This document shows positions 53,027-62,070 of a stretch of DNA of 64,000 bases, piece after piece (the stretch's first letter is position 1; each line of letters starts with the position of its first letter). The stretch is from Limisphaerales bacterium (lineage in GTDB: Bacteria; Verrucomicrobiota; Verrucomicrobiia; Limisphaerales; DSYF01). The notes under the pieces are model-generated. The model worked only from the letters and a program-made list of their open reading frames with translations. It was not told where the DNA came from and did no database searches. The DNA is taken from assembly GCA_046290825.1 (NCBI GenBank), contig JBKBTZ010000003.1, positions 9,881-73,880 on the forward strand, in the 5' to 3' direction. The translations under genes and the position numbers were made by a program.

Positions 53027-54955
53027 TTACCGCGCCACGCCCCACGGGCTGAAGATGACGTAGAGAATCAGGGTCACGATCACAACCGCAATGCCGGCGA
53101 TCTTCGAGCTGGCGCACGATTCGAGGTTGAGGCGGGTGTTGACCTTGAACTCAACCGGCTGCGGCAGCGGCTTCAGCGAGGCAATGATCCACATCACGGC
53201 CAGCACGGTGAAGAAGCAGATGGCCATCGCGTCGAGGAAGGCGATGTCCGTGAACCGGTCGAGCGCCCAGTAAAGCACGGGGTTGAGGAGCAGCCCGACG
53301 ACGCCGCAGAGGCCGGGGCCGCGGCGGTTCAGGATGCCAAACACGAACACGGCCAGGATGCCGGGCGAGGCGTAGCCCTGGAACATCTGGATGTATTTGA
53401 AGATGGACCCGAACTTGTCGAGGTTGGGCGCGAGCAGGCAGCCCGTCAGCGCAAAGAGGCCGACCGCCACGCGGCCCGCCAGCACGAGGTTCTTTTGCGA
53501 GGCGTTGCGGTTCATGTAGCGGTGGTAAATGTCCATCGTGAAGATGGTGGAGGCGGCGTTGAGCACGGCGGCGAGCGAGCTGATGATGGCGCCGAGCAGC
53601 GCGGCCAGCACAAACCCGACCAGGCCGCTGTTGGCCGGCAGCAGGTTCTTGATGAGCAGGTTCAGCGCGGCGTCGTATTTGTAGCCCGCGAGGGTGTGAA
53701 CGGTGACGTCCTTCAGCTTGGCCAGCGCAGAGGGCACGGTGACGAAACGCTGCTCGTCCGTGAGCGGACCCTCACCCAGCCCCGGAACGCTGACGCCCTT
53801 CGCCTTGAGCACCGCGAGGTTGTGGGCATCCACCTGCGCGGCCTTCTCGGGGTTGATGCGCGCCCACTGAATGCCAACGGCAAAGGCGTGGCCTGAATCG
53901 GGCTTGCCGAGGTGCTGCTCAAACGCGGCCCACTCGGCGGCGTTCTTGCGGGCGTCAATGGCCGCGAGGTCCTTGCTGTAAAGGTTGAAGGCGATGATGC
54001 CCGGGATGACGATCACGAACGGGATGATGAGCTTCATGGCCGCCGCGAACACGATGCCCTTCTGGCCCTCCTTCAACGACGCCGAGCCAAGGATGCGCTG
54101 GGTAATGTATTGATTCAGGCCCCAGTAGTAGAAATTCGGAATCCACAGGCCGATGAGCAGCGCCGTCCACGGAATGTTCTTGTCCCAGCGGGGCAGGTCC
54201 ATGCGGAGCTTCTCGTGGTTGAGGGCGATGAGCTTCTGCAGGCCGCTCGCGCCGTCGGCCACGTCGCGCGGGCTGGCACTGCTGGCGGTGAGGTCGGCCA
54301 CGGGCGTCGCGCCCAGCTTGTGGATGGCGAAATACGCGATGATGCCGCCGCCAACGATGAGGGCGAGGCCCTGGATCAGATCGGCCCAGGCCGAGGCGTT
54401 CAGACCACCCGCCGCGATGTAGGCCGCCGCGAGCAGGCCGATGATCCAGCACCAGCCGGCCAGCCCGAAGTTGAACGTCGGGTGCCCGGCGAACAGCTCG
54501 CTCATGGTCAGGCCGCCCGCGTAAATCACGCCGGTCAACGACACAAACACCAGCAGCACCATCATCATGAACGCCATGATGGCGCGGGTGCTGTCGCCAT
54601 AACGATGTTCGAGAAACTGCGGCATGGTGAAGATGCCCGTTTTGAGGAAGTAGGGCAGAAACGCGAACGCCACCACGACCAGGGTGATGGCCGCCATCCA
54701 CTCGTAGCTGGCGATGGACATGCCGAGGTAATCCGCCGCCGAACCGGACATGCCGACGAACTGCTCGGAGGAGATGTTGGCCGCGATGAGCGACACGCCG
54801 ATCAGCCACCACTTGAGGCCGCGCCCGGCCAGGAAGTAGGCCTCCGAGTCCTTGCCCTCGCCCTTGCTCTTGTAGAGGCCGAGCGAAATGACCGCCGCGA
54901 TGAACGCGAGGAAGATGAGGATGTCCAGCGTCGAGATGCCGAAGGTTTCGTTCAT
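53027..54955 (-). CDS. sodium:solute symporter (SSS/SGLT-like), probably a sugar transporter
   Basis: 642-aa polytopic ORF: YFLAGRGLKWWLIGVSLIAANISSEQFVGMSG. It lies immediately downstream of galK. Confidence 0.9.
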   Translation of the reverse strand: MNETFGISTLDILIFLAFIAAVISLGLYKSKGEGKDSEAYFLAGRGLKWWLIGVSLIAANISSEQFVGMSGSAADYLGMSIASYEWMAAITLVVVAFAFLPYFLKTGIFTMPQFLEHRYGDSTRAIMAFMMMVLLVFVSLTGVIYAGGLTMSELFAGHPTFNFGLAGWCWIIGLLAAAYIAAGGLNASAWADLIQGLALIVGGGIIAYFAIHKLGATPVADLTASSASPRDVADGASGLQKLIALNHEKLRMDLPRWDKNIPWTALLIGLWIPNFYYWGLNQYITQRILGSASLKEGQKGIVFAAAMKLIIPFVIVIPGIIAFNLYSKDLAAIDARKNAAEWAAFEQHLGKPDSGHAFAVGIQWARINPEKAAQVDAHNLAVLKAKGVSVPGLGEGPLTDEQRFVTVPSALAKLKDVTVHTLAGYKYDAALNLLIKNLLPANSGLVGFVLAALLGAIISSLAAVLNAASTIFTMDIYHRYMNRNASQKNLVLAGRVAVGLFALTGCLLAPNLDKFGSIFKYIQMFQGYASPGILAVFVFGILNRRGPGLCGVVGLLLNPVLYWALDRFTDIAFLDAMAICFFTVLAVMWIIASLKPLPQPVEFKVNTRLNLESCASSKIAGIAVVIVTLILYVIFSPWGVAR

Positions 54956-54994
54956 GGTTTTCTGTGTTGTGGGGTTGTTCGGTGGGGGAAAGGG

Positions 54995-56176
54995 TCAGCC
55001 CTGCAACAAGGTTGCGCCCTGGCCGGGCCGGGAAACGAACAGGGTCGGGGTGATTTTCGTCCGCGCGCGGTAGGCCTTCGCCAGTTTCGCGGCGATGGTC
55101 TTCACTTTGGCGGATTCCACCAACGCGACGCAGCAGCCGCCAAAGCCGCCGCCCGTCATGCGGCAGCCGAAGACGCCGCCCTTGCGGCCGAGGCCGTGCG
55201 CGATGGCCACCACCTCATCCAGTTCCGGGCAGCTCACCTCGTAGTCTCCGCGCAACGAGCCGTGGCTGGCATACATCAATTCGCCGGCGGCGGCCCAGTC
55301 GCCGGCGGCAAACGCGGCGGCCGCCTCGGTGGTGCGCGCGATTTCGGTGACCACGTGCCGGGCGCGGCGAAACTGCAGATTGGTCAGTTGGGCGGGGGCC
55401 GCGTTCACGTCGGCCAGCGTGGCCTGCCGGAGGGATTTCACGCCCAGGGCGCGGGCCGCCTCCTCGCATTGCCGGCGGCGGTCGGGGTATTCGCTGCCGG
55501 TGAGTTCGTGTTTGACGTTGGTGTTGATGACCAGGATGGCGACGCGCCTGGACCGCATCGGCACCTGGCGGGTTTTGCGGGTGGCGCAGTCGAGCAGGAG
55601 CACATGGTCCTTGCGGCCCATGACGGAGATGAACTGGTCCATGATGCCGCAGGGCATGAGGGCGAACTCGTGTTCGGCTTTCTGGCACAGCAGCCCCTTT
55701 TGCACCGGGGTGAGCTTCTTTTTCGTCGCCGCCTCGAGCAGCGTGGCGGTGGCCACCTCGAGCGCGGCGCTGCTGGAAACGCCGCCGCCCGGCGGCACGG
55801 TGGATTCGATGTGCGCGTCGAAGCCGGGAATGTCCGCGCCCAGCCGCTGGAAGCCGGCGAGGACGCCCTTCACGTAGTTGGCCCACGCGGGTTCGCCGCG
55901 CTGCAGCGGCTGTTCCAGGTCAATCGTGGCCGCGCCCTTGGCGGTGCTGCTGGTCAGCGTAATCCGGCGTGACTGGTTCGGGGCGGCGGCAATGACGGTG
56001 TAGCGCTCGAGGGCCATCGGAAACACAAAGCCGTCGTTGTAATCGGTGTGCTCCCCGATGAGATTGACGCGCCCCGGAGCGGCGGCAATCCACCGGGCGG
56101 GCCGTCCGGCGTGGTGATGAAAGGCAATGGCGGTGGAACGGGCGAGCTGTTCGAGGGGTGTGTTTGAGCCGATCAT
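54995..56176 (-). CDS. galK: galactokinase
   Basis: ORF trimmed to ATG 56176. GRVNLIGEHTDYNDGFV signature, GGGVSSSAALEVA and MTGGGFGGC. Confidence 0.9.
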   Translation of the reverse strand: MIGSNTPLEQLARSTAIAFHHHAGRPARWIAAAPGRVNLIGEHTDYNDGFVFPMALERYTVIAAAPNQSRRITLTSSTAKGAATIDLEQPLQRGEPAWANYVKGVLAGFQRLGADIPGFDAHIESTVPPGGGVSSSAALEVATATLLEAATKKKLTPVQKGLLCQKAEHEFALMPCGIMDQFISVMGRKDHVLLLDCATRKTRQVPMRSRRVAILVINTNVKHELTGSEYPDRRRQCEEAARALGVKSLRQATLADVNAAPAQLTNLQFRRARHVVTEIARTTEAAAAFAAGDWAAAGELMYASHGSLRGDYEVSCPELDEVVAIAHGLGRKGGVFGCRMTGGGFGGCCVALVESAKVKTIAAKLAKAYRARTKITPTLFVSRPGQGATLLQG

Positions 56177-56307
56177 GGATGGTCGCAACGGGGTAACCCG
56201 GGAACGTCTGGACGGCGCGGAGTATGCCGCAACCTGCCCGCCCGTCGAGCCATTCCTTGTCATCCCTTTGGGTGATGGACAGGCCGGCGGCGGTCGCCCG
56301 CCTGGCC

Positions 56308-59300
56308 TCATCCGGCGTGGTGGAGGCCGGCCAGCGCCTGTTCCAGCCGTTTCACGGAAACCGTCTCAGCCGTGCCCAGTTCCTGCGCAAACAGCGAAAC
56401 CTTGAACTCCTCGACCAGCCAGCGGAACGCCTCCACCCGCCGCCGTCCTTCCTCGCTCGCCGGCGGCTTTGCCTGCCACTGCCGGAGGGCGGTAACAAAC
56501 GGCGCGAGCTGGCGGGCGCGTTCCCGGTCCTTCACCGGATTCAATGCCGCGCGCTCCGCCCGGATGCCGAGGGCCTTGAGGTAACGCGCCAGATGCGGCA
56601 GCCGCTCGTGCGGGGTCACGACGAGAAACCGCGCGGGCAGCAGCGCGTCCAATTCGGCCTGCAACGGGTGCGGCGGTTTGGCGGCGACGGGCACAGCGGC
56701 AAGCTGGCGGAAATCCTTCAGGCTGGCAGGCCGACCGGGCGCGGCGGACTGACTCGCGCCGAGCTTGAGCGCCACTTGCTGCCGTAACTGGAGCAGCGCC
56801 TCGAGTTGGTCGCAAAAGCGGGGCACCAGGCCGGCCAGCCGCTGGCGCGCAGCGGCGACGCGCGCATGGAATTCGGCCTCGCGCAGGGCGGGCAGCGGTT
56901 CCGTGCCGAGGACGTGGTTCCGTAAGTGTTCCGCTGCGGTTTCGCGCAGTTCCTCGGCGGAGCCGATCGGCGCGTAAAGCGGGGCCAGCTTGTGCAGGGC
57001 GCGCAGGTCGTTTTCCAGCCACGCGAGGTCCTTTTGCAGGACCAGTTCAAGCAGCCGTTGCAGGCCCGCCACACCCGCTTCCCGGGCCAGTTCCGCGCTG
57101 CGGAACAGGCGCACGCTGACGTGTCCGTCCTCCACGGCCAGACCCGGCCAGGCGAAAACGGGCGGAGGTCCCGCCGCCGAAGTTTCACTGCCGCCGACGA
57201 CAATCCGTTCCGGCAAATCACCAAACGTCCATCCACTGAGGGAAACCCGTTCCCACCGCGCCGCCGCGCGCCGCCAGTCGGCGTTCTCGGTGTTCCGGCC
57301 CGTTGGCACGGCGCGCAGTTGGTCCCGCAACGCTGCCAGTTCCCGCCCGGAAACCACGGCCCGGCCGCCGGCATCCACCACCTCGATGCGGGGCCGGAGA
57401 TGCGCGGGCACGGCGTCCGCTTTCCAGGCCTCCGCCGGCACCGCGACCCCGTAACGCCGGTGGAGAAACCGCGCCAGGTCTTCGGTCAGCGCCGCGCCGG
57501 ACGGTTGCAGTTCGCGCACGATCTCCTCGATCTTGGGCTCGAGCGGCTGCAGTTCGCGCCGGAGAGACTTGGGCAACGAACGCAGCAGTTCCGCCACCTG
57601 TTCCCGGCGCAGGCCCGGCACCGCCCACGCCACCGCTGCGCCCGGCAGCGACCGCGCCAGCTCGACCGGCATCTGCACCGTGACGCCGTCCCACTCCTCG
57701 CCCGGCGCGTAGGCGTAGCGCACCGTTAGCGGCTGACCGGCCAGTTCCACGGCCTCGGGGAATTCCGTCGCATTGAAGTCCAGTTTCAAATCGCCAACCA
57801 AATCCGCCTCGGTGGCGCAGAGGAAGCTTTGATCCGGCCGCTCGCGCAGCAGGCGGTTCAGCTCATCGAAGGACGAGAGGTCGCCCAGCCGCGCCGCGTA
57901 GAAATCACACAGGGCCTGGTCCAGGTCCACCAGCCCGTGGTGGCGCGTGCGTCGCTGCCAGTCCTCAATGCGTTGCCGCACGGCGCGGTTGTGCTCCAGA
58001 AAGCGATACTGCGAACGCGCAGCGGGGAACGCGGAGCGCGGAGCCGGGCCGTCCTCGATCCCGGCCCAGTCGCTCGGGCGGAACCTGGCGTTCCGCGTTT
58101 CGCGTTCCGGGTTCTCCGTATCTTCCTCCACCTCCACCAGCGCGGCCCGGATGAAAATGGCCGCCGCCTCTTTCGGCGCGATGTTGCCGTAGGCCACGCG
58201 CTTGCGTTGCACTTCCAGCCCTTGGAAGGTCACCACCTCGTCCGCGATCACGCGGCGGGATTTCGCGTCCCAGCGCGGATGCTGGTGGGCGACCTTGCAG
58301 CAATGGGGCGCGAGTTCGTAAATCCACTCCGGCTCGATGCCCGCGAGAGTGCGGATAAACAGTTGCGAGGTCTCCACCACTTCGCCCGCAACGACCCATT
58401 CCGGCTGGCTCGACTTTGGCTCCGGCGTGGTCGGCTGGGCAGGGCTGGCCGGACGCCCTTTCGCCGGCTTCTCACCGCGAACGAACAGCGCCGAACCGGG
58501 AAAGACCGTCACCCGCCGATTGCCCGACGCCTTGTAGCGGTTCCGCTCCTCGCGCCGCGCGACATGGCCGACCAACCCCGCGAGAATCGAGCGGTGAATG
58601 GCGGCGTAGGCCGGATGGCTTTTTGCTTCCCTCTCCCCATCGGACGGGGAGAGGAATTGAGGGTGTGGGGCCAGACCCCGCTTGGCGTGTTCGCCCCGGG
58701 GAGAATTTTGAACTGTAGGTTGTCCCAACTCCTCACCCCGGCCCTCGCCCCGTCCGACGGGGCGAGGGAGGTCAGAGAGCGCGTCCTCCAATTGCGCGTG
58801 CAAGTCCTGCCACTCGCGCATCCGCACATACGAGAGGAAGTGGCGCTGGCAGAATTTCCGGCGCTGGTTCTGGCTCGGCAGCTTCTCCCATTCGTCATGC
58901 ACCGCGTTCCAGATGTTCAGCAGCGTCAGGAAGTCCGAAGTCGGGTCGGTGAACCGCTGATGCGCGGCGTTGGCGGCGGCCTGCTGGTCCAGCGGACGTT
59001 CGCGCGGGTCCTGGATGCTCAACCCGGCGGCGATGATGAGCACCTCGCGGGTCGCGTGTTCCCGCTGCGCCTGGAGCAACATCCGGCCCAGGGTCGGATC
59101 AATCGGCAGCCGCGCGAGATCGCGCCCGAGGCCGGTCAACGCGCGTTGCGCATCCAGCGCGCCCAGTTCCTGCAACAGCGCGTAACCCGCCGCGATGGCG
59201 GCCGGCGTGGGCGGCTGGAGGAACGGGAACGTCTCGATGTCGCCCAGCCCGAACGCCTTCATCCGCAGGATGACCTCGGCCAGGTTGGCGCGTTGAATCT

Positions 59301-60603
59301 CCGGCTGCGTAAAGGCCGGGCGCTTCGCAAAGTCGTCCTCCGCATACAGCCGGAGGCACACGCCCGCCTGCACACGGCCCGCGCGGCCCTTGCGCTGGTT
59401 CGCGCTGCTTTGCGACACCGGCTCGATGGGCAGCCGCCGCGTGCGGGTGCGGGGGTTGTAACGACTGATGCGCGCCAGCCCGGCATCAATCACAAACCGG
59501 ATGCCCGGAATGGTCAGCGAGGTCTCGGCGATGTTGGTCGCCACCACCACCTTGCGCCGCGCGCCGGGCGCGAACGCGCGCTGCTGCTCGCCCGCGCTGA
59601 GCCGGCCAAAGAGCGGGATGATTTCCGCCTCGCGCCCGAGCCGGCCCTCCAGTTGATCGCGCGCCTCGCGGATATCCCGTTCGCCCGGCAGGAAAATCAG
59701 CACGTCGCCGAAATCCGATTCAATCAGCACGCGCTCCGTCGCCTCCACCGCCGCGTCCACGTAGCTCACGTCTCCTTGTTCCTCCGAGGCTGCCGCCAGC
59801 GGTTGATAGACCACCTCGACCGGATACATCCGCCCCGAGACCTCGATGATGGGGGCGTCGTTGAAGTGTTTCGCGAACGACTCCGTATCAATCGTGGCCG
59901 AAGTGATGATGAGCTTGAGGTCGGGGCGGCGCGCGAGCAGGCCCTTGAGATGCCCCAGCAGAAAATCAATGTTCAGGCTCCGCTCGTGCGCCTCGTCAAT
60001 GAGGATGGCCTCGTATTCGGACAGTTGGGGGTCGCCCTGCGCCTCGGCCAGCAGGATGCCATCGGTCATCAGCTTGATGTAGGTCTGCGGGCTGGACCGG
60101 TCGTCGAAGCGGATTTTGCAGCCCACCTGCCGGCCCCACTGGACGTTCAACTCCTCCGCGATGCGCCGCGAAATGGACAACGCCGCCACGCGCCGCGGCT
60201 GGGTGCAGCCGATCTTTGCCCGGATGCCCAGCCCGGCTTCGAGGCACATCTTCGGCAACTGTGTCGTCTTGCCGGAACCGGTTTCGCCCGCGATGACCAC
60301 CACCGGATGGGCGCGAATGGCCGCCACGATCTCATCTTTGCGCGCCGTGATGGGCAGGTCTGGCGGATAGCTGACGACGGGAACCGCCCGTTGCCGTTCT
60401 TCGCGCAAGGCCACCGATGCCCGCGCCTGTTCCAGCAGGCGCTGCAACACGGCGTCATGTTTGTCTGGATGCAGCCGGTCGCGGAGTAACCGGTTCGCGC
60501 GCAGGCCGAGCCGCACCCAGTCAGGCAGCATGGCCTGCGGGAGCAACTGGCGGAGTTCCTGGATGCGCGGGTCGTTCAGCACCGGACGCAGGTTGTAACC
60601 CAA
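56308..60603 (-). CDS. hrpA: ATP-dependent RNA helicase HrpA (DEAH-box)
   Basis: 1431-aa ORF: GETGSGKTTQLPK, DEAHERS, SATID, QRKGRAGR. The start is uncertain (TTG 60603 or GTG 60582). It carries a repeat-encoded insert. Confidence 0.9.
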   Translation of the reverse strand: MGYNLRPVLNDPRIQELRQLLPQAMLPDWVRLGLRANRLLRDRLHPDKHDAVLQRLLEQARASVALREERQRAVPVVSYPPDLPITARKDEIVAAIRAHPVVVIAGETGSGKTTQLPKMCLEAGLGIRAKIGCTQPRRVAALSISRRIAEELNVQWGRQVGCKIRFDDRSSPQTYIKLMTDGILLAEAQGDPQLSEYEAILIDEAHERSLNIDFLLGHLKGLLARRPDLKLIITSATIDTESFAKHFNDAPIIEVSGRMYPVEVVYQPLAAASEEQGDVSYVDAAVEATERVLIESDFGDVLIFLPGERDIREARDQLEGRLGREAEIIPLFGRLSAGEQQRAFAPGARRKVVVATNIAETSLTIPGIRFVIDAGLARISRYNPRTRTRRLPIEPVSQSSANQRKGRAGRVQAGVCLRLYAEDDFAKRPAFTQPEIQRANLAEVILRMKAFGLGDIETFPFLQPPTPAAIAAGYALLQELGALDAQRALTGLGRDLARLPIDPTLGRMLLQAQREHATREVLIIAAGLSIQDPRERPLDQQAAANAAHQRFTDPTSDFLTLLNIWNAVHDEWEKLPSQNQRRKFCQRHFLSYVRMREWQDLHAQLEDALSDLPRPVGRGEGRGEELGQPTVQNSPRGEHAKRGLAPHPQFLSPSDGEREAKSHPAYAAIHRSILAGLVGHVARREERNRYKASGNRRVTVFPGSALFVRGEKPAKGRPASPAQPTTPEPKSSQPEWVVAGEVVETSQLFIRTLAGIEPEWIYELAPHCCKVAHQHPRWDAKSRRVIADEVVTFQGLEVQRKRVAYGNIAPKEAAAIFIRAALVEVEEDTENPERETRNARFRPSDWAGIEDGPAPRSAFPAARSQYRFLEHNRAVRQRIEDWQRRTRHHGLVDLDQALCDFYAARLGDLSSFDELNRLLRERPDQSFLCATEADLVGDLKLDFNATEFPEAVELAGQPLTVRYAYAPGEEWDGVTVQMPVELARSLPGAAVAWAVPGLRREQVAELLRSLPKSLRRELQPLEPKIEEIVRELQPSGAALTEDLARFLHRRYGVAVPAEAWKADAVPAHLRPRIEVVDAGGRAVVSGRELAALRDQLRAVPTGRNTENADWRRAAARWERVSLSGWTFGDLPERIVVGGSETSAAGPPPVFAWPGLAVEDGHVSVRLFRSAELAREAGVAGLQRLLELVLQKDLAWLENDLRALHKLAPLYAPIGSAEELRETAAEHLRNHVLGTEPLPALREAEFHARVAAARQRLAGLVPRFCDQLEALLQLRQQVALKLGASQSAAPGRPASLKDFRQLAAVPVAAKPPHPLQAELDALLPARFLVVTPHERLPHLARYLKALGIRAERAALNPVKDRERARQLAPFVTALRQWQAKPPASEEGRRRVEAFRWLVEEFKVSLFAQELGTAETVSVKRLEQALAGLHHAG
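58629..58773. repeat. composite of two family G half-elements in inverted orientation around an about 58-bp spacer, inside hrpA
   Basis: Half a is CCCTCTCCCCATCGGACGGGGAGAGG + TGAGGGTGTGGGG. Half b is CCTCACCCC + GGCCCTCGCCCCGTCCGACGGGGCGAGGG. Translated as RPVGRGEGRGEE...FLSPSDGERE. Confidence 0.6.
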
Positions 60604-60777
60604 AGCGGGCGGAGGGTCAGCCCTTCCTTTTTCCGCGGCCGCTCGGCGCTTTCGGCGGCCAGGCGGACCGCGGTTGGACAGCCCGGCGGAACTGCGCTAG
60701 CGTCGTTCCGGCGGCGGATTGAACAATTTCGCCGCCTCGCCGTCCAAAGTCCGTCCGAACAAACCAAAACGCATCCC

Positions 60778-61212
60778 ATGAAAACCTCACTGCTCGCCGT
60801 CCTCACGCTGGCCGCCGCCCTGTCCTCGGCCTCCGCGCTGCAATGGCACACCGACCTGCCCAAGGCGCAGGAACTGGCCAAAAAGGAAAACAAACTCGTC
60901 CTCATGAACTTCACCGGCTCCGACTGGTGCGGCTGGTGCATCAAGCTCAAGAAGGACGTGTTCGACACGGAGAAGTTCAAGGCTTACGCGGAGAAAAACC
61001 TCGTGCTGGTGGAGATTGATTTCCCGCGCCGGAAGGAGCAGAGCGAGGAACTCAAAAAAGCCAACCAGGCCCTCCAGCGGAAATACAAAATTCAGGGCTA
61101 TCCGACGCTGATCGTCCTGAATGGCGATGGCAAACAGCTCGGCGAACTGGGCTACGAGAAAACGCCCGAGGCCTTCATCGCCAAACTGGAGGCGGCCGCA
61201 AAAAAGAAGTAA
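60778..61212 (+). CDS. secreted thioredoxin-fold protein (CxxC)
   Basis: 144-aa ORF with a signal peptide. FTGSDWCGWCIKL active site and GYPTL cis-Pro loop. Confidence 0.85.
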   Translation: MKTSLLAVLTLAAALSSASALQWHTDLPKAQELAKKENKLVLMNFTGSDWCGWCIKLKKDVFDTEKFKAYAEKNLVLVEIDFPRRKEQSEELKKANQALQRKYKIQGYPTLIVLNGDGKQLGELGYEKTPEAFIAKLEAAAKKK

Positions 61213-61232
61213 GGCGCCGATGTTTTCCGCCG

Positions 61233-61268
61233 CGCGCGACGGTTCCTCCCGTCGCGCGTTTTGCTTTC
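61233..61268 (+). terminator. Rho-independent terminator after the thioredoxin-fold gene
   Basis: Perfect 10-bp stem CGCGCGACGG / CCGTCGCGCG with a 6-nt loop, followed by TTTTGCTTTC. Confidence 0.65.
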
Positions 61269-61301
61269 GCCAGGCACGGCAGAGGGGGGCCTCCGCCCTC
61301 C

Positions 61302-61330
61302 TTGCCCCGGCGCTTCACCCACCCTATTGT
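61302..61330 (+). promoter_or_regulatory. putative promoter of the HAD hydrolase gene: TTGCCC-17-TATTGT, then 9 nt to ATG
   Basis: Hexamers read directly from the sequence. Confidence 0.35.
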
Positions 61331-61339
61331 CCCGCGCCC

Positions 61340-62023
61340 ATGATCCGACTGGTGCTCTTCGACATTGACGGCACGCTGGTGCATACCGGCGGGGCGGGCG
61401 TGAAGGCGTTTGCGAAGGTGTTCGCCAGCGAGTTCGGCGCGGACGGCGCGGAGCGGTTGCGTTTTGCCGGGCGGACGGATGTGAGCCTGGTGCGCGAATT
61501 TTTTCAGCTCCATGGGATCCCCGCCACGGCGGCAAACTTTGCGCGGTTCTTCGATCGTTACGTCTTCTGGCTGGATCACATTCTGGCGCACAGCCACACG
61601 GAGGAGTGTCCCGGGGTGCGGGCCTTGATCCACGAGCTGGAGGCGCTACCCGACCCGCCCCTGATCGGCCTGCTCACGGGCAACATCCGGCTCGGCGCGG
61701 AGATCAAGCTGCGGCATTTCGGGCTGTGGGAACATTTCGTCACCGGTGGGTTTGCGGACGACCACGAAGATCGCGACCGCATAGCCGCCGCCGCCAAACA
61801 ACGGGGGGAGCGGGTGCTGGGCCGCGCGCTGGCCGGAGAAGAGGTGCTGGTGATCGGCGACACGCCGCTGGACATCCGTTGCGGGCGGGCCATCGGCGCG
61901 CGCGTGCTGGCGGTGGCCACCGGCGGTTCCCACATGGAAGAACTGGCCCGGCACCAGCCCGATCGGTTGGTGGCTGACGTGCGCGGATTGCGGGCGGCGG
62001 AGCTTTGCGGGCGGACGAAGTAG
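61340..62023 (+). CDS. HAD-superfamily hydrolase
   Basis: Part of ORF 61121..62023. ATG 61340 gives MIRLVLFDIDGTLV (DxDGT motif I). Motif IV is IGDTPLD. Confidence 0.8.
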   Translation: MIRLVLFDIDGTLVHTGGAGVKAFAKVFASEFGADGAERLRFAGRTDVSLVREFFQLHGIPATAANFARFFDRYVFWLDHILAHSHTEECPGVRALIHELEALPDPPLIGLLTGNIRLGAEIKLRHFGLWEHFVTGGFADDHEDRDRIAAAAKQRGERVLGRALAGEEVLVIGDTPLDIRCGRAIGARVLAVATGGSHMEELARHQPDRLVADVRGLRAAELCGRTK

Positions 62024-62070
62024 GTGGCAAACCAGGCCCCGTTTTCGGGCCGCCGTTCGCCAAGCGTTGG

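Noticed and set aside
53912-55972. 686-aa plus-strand ORF
   Set aside because: It is antisense to the SSS transporter and galK, both of which carry clear signatures.
57829-60489. 886-aa plus-strand ORF
   Set aside because: It is entirely antisense to hrpA, whose helicase motifs are unambiguous. Compositional artefact.
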